DNA of 64,000 nt from positions 58,778,001 through 58,842,000 of the forward strand of contig NC_087436.1 in NCBI RefSeq assembly GCF_036321535.1, in the 5' to 3' direction. Shown in pieces: positions 54,357 to 64,000 of this stretch (within the stretch, counting starts at the first letter, position 1; each line of letters starts with the position of its first letter). This DNA is from Camelus dromedarius. Its lineage: Eukaryota. Made by a program: the position numbers and the translations under genes. Under the pieces are notes generated by a model. That model was given only the letters and a program-made list of their open reading frames with translations, ran no database searches and was not told the DNA's origin.

Positions 54357-57309
54357 GTCTGTTTTCCCTAAATGCTTTGATATATTGTAAGTCTGATATA
54401 TACCTAAGTCTGGTATGCATTAAGATCCATTCTCTTAAACTATCATGCTGTATTTTACAATTATACTGCTAAAGTTTTCTTATTAAGATGAAATTTATGT
54501 AAGATTTTTAGAGTCCATCAAAAAGTAATAAAAATGGTTTACACAGATAATAATTCAGTAGTGCCTTCAAATCTCATAAGTCTGTATTTTTTGTTCAGAT
54601 TAAACTCAGGTGTACTTTGTCCCATCCTTTCCAAGATTAAATGAGACAGTGGAATTATCTCATATCTATTTTTTTGTATTCTTAAGGTCCACCCAGAGAA
54701 GTAGGCAGTTGTTGCTGCTGGTTCAATTGTTTCTTTCTCTTTTTTAATTAGGGTGATAAATCTTATCACTACACAAAATATAACAGATTTCTGCCACTTA
54801 AGAAATTTATAGGCTTATAACTTATAACATCTTTGAGTTAGTCTAAGGTGACTATTCCCTTCCCCCTCAAAGTCAGTTCTTGTTTTAAACTGTTGTCTCA
54901 AATTAATTAACAATAGCACTCTCTTTTTATTTATCTGAATTATAGAAAATGCACTAGAACTCTGATAATTAACTTTAAAAAATGCCTCCCTGTTTGTGTC
55001 TCAAAATTTCCTGGTATAGATTTGACCAGAATGAAGTAAGATGGTATGTTTGAAGAGCTGTAGATACTTTCATATCCTAACGTCCCAATTCTAGTTTTGC
55101 CTAGTTGCTTATAGAGATACCAAAGGGTGTTTGAACAAACCAACTAGTTTCTCAAGGTAACAACTAATGCTGTTTCACAAGAAATTAGACAGTTTGTCAA
55201 ATAAATTTCAAGTGGGAAAAAAATCCAAACAAATACTCAACCATAACCAGTGTGTAATTTATGGGCAACAGTCATAAATATAAAACCACTGGCATTAAAT
55301 TCTTATCCTCATTTTGCAGTAAGAGGATGTTAACAGCTGGCAGTCTGTATTTGTTGGAAATCAAATATTACTGAATAAGGTTAAAGGAAAAAAACCTGTC
55401 TCTGCATGATTAGATTCTTTTTTTAGTACACACTGTTTAATTCGGAAGGTTCTGGACCTATAATAAGCCCAGCTGGTTTCTTATGTGTTAGCTATGTTTA
55501 AAAATACATTAGAGGTTAAAATCTAATTTTCTAATTTCAATAGTACATGCATATGGCTTTTTTGGTTGCCAGAATGATGCTAGGTATTCAGTTGCATATG
55601 TATATGTATATATTTCTACATTGAAATGCTTGTGGAAATATAGATGCCATATCTGAGAATGGTGATGTGCCTTTTTTTTTGGTAAATGTACACTCAGATT
55701 ATATGATTAGAATAACAAAAAGTATTTTATAATATATTACACTGCATTTACTTAATCTTTAATTCTCAATATGAGCCTTAGTTAAATTACTAGAATCACC
55801 TACTCTTAGAAAAATATCTCTCATGATGGAATTCAACAATGCTAGCCACGATTATTGCTTTTCAAAGATAAAGCTGAATAAAGCCTCTCCTCTCTACTAT
55901 ATGCCATTATAGATTTTGTGGAATATCTATTATAAAGGTTAAAGGTGGACTCTTTCATAACTACAAATTTGACAGTGCAGGTTTGTGGCCTTCAAAACAG
56001 TAATTTTAATGACCTTGAAATCACTCTTAGGTAAATTGAAATTTATCCACATCATGAGAAGTAAGGCTGAAATGAAGAGTCTAACAAGTTAAATAAAATA
56101 GAGAGGAAAACAGGTAGTTTTAACAGAAGAGCCACTTTAGTCTTTTTTTTTTAGTCTTGTTTTCTGTAGGAGGCAGATTGATGCCAGCTAGCCACACGGG
56201 CATAACAGAAGGCACTGGGGGCAGGAATATCAACGGCTTGATTTTCCTCACCTTAGGGAAGTAGAGCAAGCTGCTGTACACCAAAAGGAAGAGCCTTCTT
56301 GGGAAGGAAGTGGCCCACCTTTGCCCCCTTTCTCCCACCTGGAGCACCAGATAAGCAAGAGTTGACTCGCTCTGCCTCTGCAGATCCATGGCTTCACAGT
56401 TGGAAATTCCACCACCAATGGAGCCAACTGCTGCCACATTCCCTGGGAAAATTTTTTAATGAAGCAGAACAAATCCCTCCTTGATCACCAGACCCAACGG
56501 GCATGCATGATGTTGTCAGTGCTGCTGTAGCTCTGCTGAGATCTGTTTAAACCTGGCAGGCAGACCAGAGTGATTCTTGGCCTCAATATAAATGCTACTA
56601 TTTCTCCATTTTTCCCTTTGCTCCTTCAACAGTAGAACTATGCCTGCCTTAGCAATATGGTCAGGGAAATGTTCCGTCAAACACAAGAATTTTGCAATCT
56701 AACTCTTGCACACCAACAGCAGCAGCACACTCTAAACAGGAGTCCCAGAAATGGTAAAGAGAACCAGATAGAGGGTACCATAGTATTTCCCAACCCTTTT
56801 GTGCTCCAGGAACATTTCCCAATGCATAATTAAAGGAAGAGTCTTCAGGACAATGTTAAAGGGGATGGAATATGATGCCCTTCACAATGAGCATGCTGGG
56901 GGTTAGTAAGTGAAAGAACTTGAAAGGGAAGGAAAACCCCAGACACTTACGTTTGCTCTTTCTCTGCAGTATTCTCTTCTCTATCTCATTATTCATTGCA
57001 GGTCCCTACAAAAAATATGATGGGCTCTGTGTTTCTGTAAATGTGGTGGGGATAGGACAGGAAGAAGAAGGGGGTGGAGTGTTTATATAATCTGCAAAAG
57101 ATAAATAATTTACCTGTAATACTAAAGCTAAGATTGATATTTGGAGGGATAAGATCACTGGTTTAAGTCGTCCTCATATTTCCTTGCATATGGCATTCAA
57201 TTCAGTAAAACAAAATAAAAGGAATCAAAACAAATATATCTTCTTATGAATTAATATGAGGCTCATAGCTTTGAAGTAGGGACTAATCTTCTCTCCACAG
57301 AATAATGTA

Positions 57310-57499
57310 TCTACTCATTTAATAAATATTTATTGAGGCCTTACAATGTGCCAGGTACTAATCTAGAATATTATTCTGCCATGAACAAATCAAAGTCCCT
57401 GCCCTCAATAGAGCATCCATTCCAATGTGGACAGTAGAAGGAGGAAACAGAAAATAAACAGATTTAAAAATGATTTGTCAAATGGTGATACAAGCTATG
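57310..57499 (-). mobile_element. L2 3' end (left flank of the ERV fragment)
   Basis: catttaataaatatttattgaggccttacaatgtgccaggtact...aaagtccctgccctca...ggtgatacaagctatg. Confidence 0.85.
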
Positions 57500-59780
57500 C
57501 CAGAGCTCAAAATTGTCCATTAGGCAGTTTAAAATGTCTGGGAGCAGTACAGACAGGTTTCCCTGGGTTGTACTTTGGGCAAGTGTGACAAGGCTGCACT
57601 TTTTGCAGCCTTGTAAATGTTTGTCCACCAACACTGATTCATGAAAGCTGTCATTTTGTCAGTAGACCAAAGGTTTAATGCATGGTGAGGAGTGGGAATT
57701 TTAGAGTCTCAGTAGGACTGAGTTGTTAGTTGATCTAAATCAGAGCTTTCTCTTTTTATAAAACCAACAGTTGTTGAATTTCCAATATTTATTTTTTTTC
57801 CTTTTCTGAGGCCAATTATTGGGCTTCTCTAGCCAGTTTTTCTAAATTATCTTTTGGGGAAATATCCCTTTGGACCATGACAAAGGCTTGGGCTGCTATT
57901 GGTCCCTTTAGGGGAACATTCCTTATGGAAATATCAGCAAAGTGATTTCCCTTAGCTTCCAGAGAATCAAGTTTAGAATGCCTCAGATTCTTAATAATAG
58001 CTAAAGCAGCAGGGAAAAGTATTGCATTCAGTAATTCCTGAACATAGGGGCCATTTTAAATTGTTTTTCCACTGGAAGTAAGGAAGCCACATTGCTTCTA
58101 CAACATTTCAAAATCATGACTACTTTGAAAGCACATGTACTTTCAGTATGAATATTGACAGGTTTGTCTTTAAAGTACAAGACTCTGTAAGAGAGTATAA
58201 CTTAGCCTGTTGGGCTGAAGTGGCCATAGAACGATGCTGCCTCAACAACATCACAAGGAGTTGTAACAGCATCCCCAGCACAGTATTTGCCGTCGTCACC
58301 TTTTAAATAAGAACCATCAGTGAACCGTGAGAAGTCAATGTTACCCAATGGAATTTTCCGTTGATCATCACAAGGAGTCAGGAGTGGTCTGTCAGCATTA
58401 AGCAGTCGCGAGGGACTGCATCAGTGAGGAAAGGGAGAAGGGCAGCCAGGCTAAGGTTATTACAATGTGAAAGAGCTATGTGAGGATCAGTTAACTACAG
58501 GACCTCTTAGGAGGTGAGACTGCTGCCTGGAAAGTGCAGAGTGTGATGAGAATTCAGGAAAGCCTTTACTGCATGAAGTATAAAAGTGGCCAAAAGGGAT
58601 CCCATAATGATTTTTTTTGGTGGCTTTAACCAAAAGGGCAGTGGCCATAATGGCTCCAAGGGGAGTATCCCCATGCCACAGGGTCCAGACGCTGGCTATA
58701 ATACCCTGTGGGTCAATGGTGGTCCCCATGTTTTGGGGTGAGAACTCCAACAGCATTTCTTTTCTTTTCATATACAAAAAGGAAAAAAGTAAATCTGATA
58801 ATTGGGATGCCCAAGGGCAGATGGGTTCCTCAAACTCTCCTTTACAGCCTTGAAGGCTATGTTGTTCCTTCCATGAAATTGGGTCAGGGTTGTTATTGTT
58901 GAGTAAAACATATACAGGTTTGGCCTTAGAAATTTGGAATTTAATTTCAGCAATAAACAACTAGCCTGACAAAACCTCACAACTGGCACTTAGCTGTGGG
59001 TCTGGGGAAACTTAGGACTCGTGAAGTCTGTCTGGATCCGGGTGTATCCCTTGTTCTGCTATCAGATGCCCTAAATATTGAACCTAAATACTGGGCAAAC
59101 TGCATTTTTTCTCTGGCAGTTTTATGTCCCTTTAAGGTTAAAAGCTTTAGTAGGTGGATGCTGTCTTCATGTGAGGGAGTTTGAAAAGGGGAGCAAAGAA
59201 GCAAGCCATCCACATGTTGCAACAAGGTAGAAACTCTAGGGAAGTTTATAACATCTAGATTAGCCGTCAGGATTTGCGTGAAGTAAGGAATCTCAGTATA
59301 ACCCTGAGGTTACTGTCCAGGTAAATTGTTTTTCTTTCCAAGTGAAGGTAAAATGGTAGTGAATAGCTTCATCAACTGGAATGCACTGTATAAATCAACT
59401 ACAGTAAAGAATTTACTTCTGGTGAAATGGGTGCTAGTAATGTATGAGGGTTAGGAACAGCAGGGTGTCCAGTTGTAACAGTGTTGTTTATTGTTTGTAG
59501 ATCCTGGACAAATCTCCACTGTCAGCCCTTAGGTTTTTCTCATCCATAAAATGGGAGTGTTATAGGAGCTAATACAATGGATAATGAGGCCTTGAGTCTT
59601 TTAATCATCTATTATGGTCTTTATGCCTTGAAGGGTTTCTTTACTTTTAGAGTATTGATTGATTCTGGGAAGAGGTTTTGAGGGGTCTATTTGAATTTAG
59701 ATGGGAGATACACTGTGAATTTTGCCATCAGTTGGTGATTTTGCCCATAAGGAAAGTTGCAGATGATTCAAATGGGACAA
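57500..59780 (-). pseudogene. pol: Retroviral pol remnant (RT, RNase H, integrase zinc-binding region)
   Basis: LWAKS; WRFVQDL (59498-59518); PAVPNPHTLL; FFTVVDL; LQHVDGLLL (degenerate YVDD, 59205-59216); FTDGSY (58310-58324); SAQQA; GFLTSSG; GNHFAD; CHTCPKYNPGKP (CxxC at 57579-57590). Truncated at the start of the integrase catalytic core. Confidence 0.92.
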
Positions 59781-59814
59781 ATGATCAGGGTTATTTAATT
59801 CACTTAGTGGGTGT

Positions 59815-60324
59815 TGTGGGGTCTGGTGGGCTGATATGCAGGTGGTGAAAGAATTTACCAGAGATAAAAGGGTGAAAATATAAAAGGCATTTATGAGGTA
59901 CGCTACTACAGACAAGAGCAGGCCACAGACGAGAGGTGTCTGGTGCCCTGCGAGTCAGTTGCTGTGGTCTTTTATAAGGGAGGGTCACCTCTTACTGCTT
60001 GTTCTGACATGACATCAGGCACAAAGTGGGCCACAGGGTGTGTGATTGGCTCATGCACAATTCTCTGATTGCTTGATGTTGAGGTAACAGGGAAGGGAAG
60101 GGGTCATGAAGGGTAGGGCTTCATGACTCCGGTAGGGGGTTGTGACCAGTCCTGGTGGCCAGGATTCCGGGCATTGTAAGGTTGATCGTTGTCTAGAGTA
60201 GTTGGTTCAGCTAAGGCAGGTGTGTATTAAGAAATGAATATTCTTTGTTATCTTTAAAGGGCAGTAACTGGATGCTTGAGGGGCCCTCAAAGCAGGAATC
60301 TGCCAGATGTGTTTAGACCCCACA
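59815..60324 (-). mobile_element. ERV1-type solo LTR inserted between pro and RT
   Basis: 10-bp terminal inverted repeat tgtggggtct...agaccccaca (TG...CA). On the minus strand: CCAAT (60045-60049), TATAAAA (59970-59976), variant polyA signal CATAAA (59890-59895) and U5-like GGTAAATTCTTTCACCACC. It interrupts otherwise colinear ERV coding sequence. The left end could be 59812; no clean TSD. Confidence 0.85.
59970..60049 (-). promoter_or_regulatory. LTR U3 core promoter motifs (CCAAT and TATA boxes)
   Basis: Minus-strand GAGCCAATC about 70 bp upstream of CTTATAAAAG, typical LTR spacing. Activity is unknown. Confidence 0.55.
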
Positions 60325-60439
60325 AATTACTAGTGTTTCCAGAATGAGCTCTAGTACAAATAAAAAATAAAAGATGTCAAAGGGTCATTTAATTCACTTA
60401 ATAGGTTACTTTGATGACTACGGTCAATTTTAAGAAATA

Positions 60440-60765
60440 TTTTCCTCTTTCTGGAGAAAGAAATTTTGGCATGATACTTCTCAAAGAGGTCTCAGCCTAA
60501 TAAATGGATAAAGGTGGAGGAACTAAGGGAAAAGGGGTGTATACCTCTCAAAGGCCCTAAACAAGAGGGAGTAGGTTCAGAGACAGGACCCTCTTGAGGT
60601 TCATTAGGGATCCTCACTATGTGAACTGTTTCAGGACTCCAATCAGGGCTGCTTTATAGTAGTGGGGTTGAGCACCAAGAATATGGGTCCTATTCAAGTT
60701 TGGAAGAGATTCACCCCCAATCTGGAGAAATGTTTCTCCAAACCAATTAAAAGGGAGGATTTGGA
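60440..60765 (-). pseudogene. pro: Retroviral protease remnant
   Basis: IHLLG*DLFEKYHAKISFS (LLGRD motif with a stop, 60486-60503), preceded by GETFLQIGGESL. The DTGA active site is not recognisable. Confidence 0.75.
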
Positions 60766-60799
60766 AAGACCCTGCAGTTCTTTGGAGCCCCATCCCTGA

Positions 60800-61198
60800 G
60801 AATTGGGAGGACCTTGGAAAGGCTGGTTAGAGGACTGAGTCTAAAGTGCTTAAACTTCTGACAATCTCTTTTCCAGTGTCCAGATTTTTTGCAATAATAG
60901 AAGAAACTAGGAGCGTTTTAGTTTTATTTAGGAGCCTTTACTTGCTGGAGTTAAAGATTAAGAATTTTTGCAGCTTCCTTTAAGGTGACTCATCTAGATT
61001 GTGAGAGAGCTGGTTTGCCAGATTAGCTAAATCTGGAATGGACATAGTCCTTTTAGTCAAGTAGAAAGAAAAAAAATCCCAGTTCAGCCCATGAATAAAC
61101 ATAGTTAAAAGCTACTTGGGAGACATCAATATCTGAAAGAAGACCAGAATTTTCTTTAAAAATAATTAGAAGTTGATTGTAATGTTCATGAACAGGGA
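60800..61198 (-). pseudogene. gag: Retroviral gag remnant (capsid C-terminus and nucleocapsid)
   Basis: Zinc knuckle F-YY-C-KKSG-H-WKRD-C at 60861-60902 (CCHC with the first Cys lost); upstream PVHEHYNQLLIIFKENSGL...MFIHGLN. Confidence 0.85.
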
Positions 61199-61199
61199 C

Positions 61200-61300
61200 C
61201 TTGAACACCTTGGGCCTTGTTGGCATAATGGGAAAGATTTGCCTCCTGGACTGGATAGAACCAGGTGAAAATCGCTGTAGAACTCAGTGGTAGATGTGGT
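61200..61300 (-). mobile_element. Possible L2 continuation (right flank of the ERV fragment)
   Basis: tgggccttgttggcataatgggaaagattt resembles the antisense L2 motif agggccttgtaggccatggtaaggacttt; a short match only. Confidence 0.4.
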
Positions 61301-63199
61301 GCTCTTAGTGTATACCTGCCATCACACCATGTTACTAGACACTTCCAATGTTTTAATTATTTTGCACTTAATATAAGTGTGATATGTTTAATATTAATAA
61401 ACAGACTAGCACTAAGTACAAAAGAGAATAAACATAATCAGTGCAATTAATGAGTATGGGTAAATTGTTCTAATGGGACTTCTGCCTCCTATTGGCAAAG
61501 CGACAAAGGGCTTTGCTCTGGAGCACTGTTTATATTGATGAAAGTTTTTAACTTTTAAGTTTGTGAGTTAACAAGTTTATGTGCTATATTTTTGACACTA
61601 TACTTGAAGGGATGAAAAATTCAAAACAAAACCCTAAATCAGCCTCAAATCACAAATTAATCACTACCATATTCTAGAGCAGTATCTATTAACAGTTATT
61701 AATGATTTAGCAGATCATTCTAAGCACTGTTGCCTTGACCATGTACTTCTATATACTCTGAGCAATGATGTCAACACGCAAGGAGTTTCTTTGGCACTGG
61801 CTTGATGTTATCCCAGGACTTGCTGAAGTAGATGTGCTCTATTCAGTGTAATATAATCTGCTCATGCTTAATGACAGGGAAGGAGCAGGAGTGCCTCCTC
61901 AGGCACTGACTTAAAAGTTCATGAACAATTTACTATTTTCTGCTGCCTCACATGGCCCAAACTATAGATAGGTGCTTACTATCTGAATTTAGTTACAACT
62001 AGAGAATATGGCAAACCTCTGGAAAATTAATAACATCAGCATGTAAAACTGTAAATCAGTATATCCCCCAAATATCACCAGTCAGAATCTTGGTTATGTC
62101 CTTAGTAGATAAAATTTGCTCAAAAAGTCTGCTACACAATTGCTGTCATTGAAAATATTTTTACATGCTAATATCAAGTTGTAATGAAATGCATCCAGGA
62201 TAATGTTGAAGAAAAGTGATAGGAATCGAACTATATATCTATTTATTTAGTCTAAAAGCCTCTTCTCAAAATATCTAGCATTTTCCAATCTTTTCCTTAA
62301 CTTCAGAAGTTATTTTTTCAGTTATCATCTCCTGTATGGGTGGATTAAATCAGTATACATAAGTTCTGAAGCTAAAATATAAAGAAGGAGAACAGCAAAT
62401 GAAGAGAAGGAAAGAAAATAACAGAATTGCACAGCAAAGTCATTATGTGCTGTTTAACTCCAGTGATAAAAATGAACCATTTCAAATATTGACAGACAAA
62501 GATGGCTTATGAGGAAAATCACCTTTTATCTATTATTGCAAATCATCTCTAATCATGGTTTTAAACAATGAAATGGGGGTTAATTTAAACAAAAACTGCT
62601 CAGAGAATGGTTTAAGTAGCTTGAAAGCCTGGCTGAGATAAATGTTATTAGGAAGACAAAAGGTATGCCAGAAGGGGCTTCATGAAGCCAAGGCCAGAGT
62701 ACCGTTCCAGATCAGGCAGAGATGAAACTGTTTTCGAGCCTGTGCCAAAATTAATGCCACTCCGAGAACGTACTATGCTGTACAATTTTAATGATGTCAT
62801 CTTAAAATGAAAACTTGGAGATATGTTGGTGTGAAGCAAATTACCATGAGTTTTTAAATGCTTAAAGTTCTAAAATAGACGCAAATCTTCATTGGTGACT
62901 GAAAATGAATCAAATAATGGAATGCTAGTTAGAAGCAGAAGCATAGCAGACAATTAAGTGTAGAAACACCTCATTTATTTGGTGTTGTCAGTGGAAGAGT
63001 TCTTCCACCTAAAGGAAATGTTCAGATGATTGACATTTACCCTGGTAAGTGCTGCAAATTATTTTCTGTTTTAACTATTTCGATGAATATCATTCTTAGT
63101 GAATTACATACTTCTATTACTTATTAAACAAGAGGTATTGAGTATAATCAAACTGTTCTTTGATGACCTGGATTAATAATGGCAGATAAATGTAATGGA

Positions 63200-63395
63200 A
63201 AATGTACAGGGCTGATATTTAGATAGATTTAACAGGCTCCTCCAATTACTGACTGTGACCTTGGGTAAGTTGTTCTCTGATCTCTCACTTATTTTATAAT
63301 TGGAGAAAAATTATATACCTTGTAAGATTATTGTGAGGATTAAAATATTAAGATATTTGTCAATTATACAGTAGGCATTCAGAATGTTGGTAATC
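63200..63395 (+). mobile_element. MIR
   Basis: actgactgtgaccttgggtaagttg...gattattgtgaggattaaa...cagtaggcattcagaatgttgg. Confidence 0.8.
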
Positions 63396-64000
63396 ATTTT
63401 CCCATGACACGATACACTGTCAATTCCCTTATAAGTTATTGCAGTTATTGCAGAGAAAATCAAAGAGGGTGAGCAGAAAAAGATCTAAAAGAAATGGCTC
63501 ATATTTGAAGGAACACATTATTTGCAAATTGGTAGGCTAATCTTGAGCAAACAATAATGCTAGACTTATTTAAGGAAGCAATGAAATTGGGGGAAAGCAG
63601 AAAGGGAGCATGAAGCTATGAAGGTAAATAAAGGAAGTTCCACCCAGGAATATATAAAAAATCATAAAGATGTTTGTAATTTGGAAAGTAAATCTTCTCT
63701 GTTTCCATACCTCTGTAAATTTTGCCACAAACATAAATACTGTGCATAAATGTTGTAGGGTATGTTATGTTTGTGTGGTATGTGTGTGTAAGCACCTAGT
63801 ACTTTTCCAGATGTTAATCTTGTGTCAATCTAGGCTTTTAAAAAACTACAGCCATTTGCTACAATTGCATAAGATTTTGCCTTTTCTCAGTAGATTACCT
63901 TGCTTTTGACCACTCTTAAATTATTTGGCAGGTAATATCACAGATTCTTGTTTGTTATGATCACTTACCTGTTTCAACAAAGATAGTTTTTTTTTTTTAT

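Larger units (their letters stand above)
57500..61198 (-). mobile_element. Class I endogenous retrovirus (ERV1) internal fragment, gag-pro-pol, with no flanking LTRs or env
   Basis: Manual minus-strand translation gives, in the canonical order, Gag CA/NC, protease, RT, RNase H and integrase N-terminal motifs, with many stops and frameshifts. Confidence 0.95.

Noticed and set aside
58487..58960. Longest ORF (157 aa) as a domesticated retroviral gene
   Set aside because: It drifts in and out of the pol frame (AKPVYVLL...PDPISW in frame, middle out of frame, ATALLVKATK back in frame). The surrounding pol has stops and a broken YVDD motif, so it is a decay product.
62992..63050. Plus-strand 53-nt exon candidate ending CTG|GTAAGT, containing an 8-bp hairpin
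   Set aside because: Weak acceptor and unrecognised peptide; within chance expectation.
1..64000. CRISPR arrays, operons, tRNA/rRNA/snRNA genes, known miRNA hairpins, CpG-island promoter
   Set aside because: None recognised by eye. The sequence is mammalian non-coding DNA; an Rfam/Infernal scan would be needed to exclude small RNAs formally.

Overview
AT-rich eutherian genomic DNA that looks like a long intron or intergenic region. I recognise no protein-coding gene, RNA gene or CpG island. The listed ORFs are short chance frames or repeat remnants. Much of the window is old interspersed repeat: L1 fragments (L1ME/L1MC1/L1MA9-like), L2, MIR, MaLR solo LTRs (two nested pairs), ERVL solo LTRs (LTR40- and LTR41-like) and hAT MITEs (MER63, MER94, Charlie4z, MER5), plus microsatellites. 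The most informative structure is a decayed class I (ERV1) gag-pro-pol fragment on the minus strand (about 57500-61198). It has no flanking LTRs, appears to lie inside an L2, and is interrupted by a well-preserved ~510 bp solo LTR with CCAAT and TATA boxes. A minus-strand exon-like 55-mer with an ATG lies about 2.8 kb downstream of that LTR. No Alu, B1/B2, Bov/CHR, Can-SINE, ERE or PRE SINE was seen, suggesting a SINE-poor lineage, probably laurasiatherian. Repeat family names come from my recollection of consensus sequences, not from a search, and most repeat boundaries are approximate. I found no evidence for a novel biological system; the findings are modest leads.
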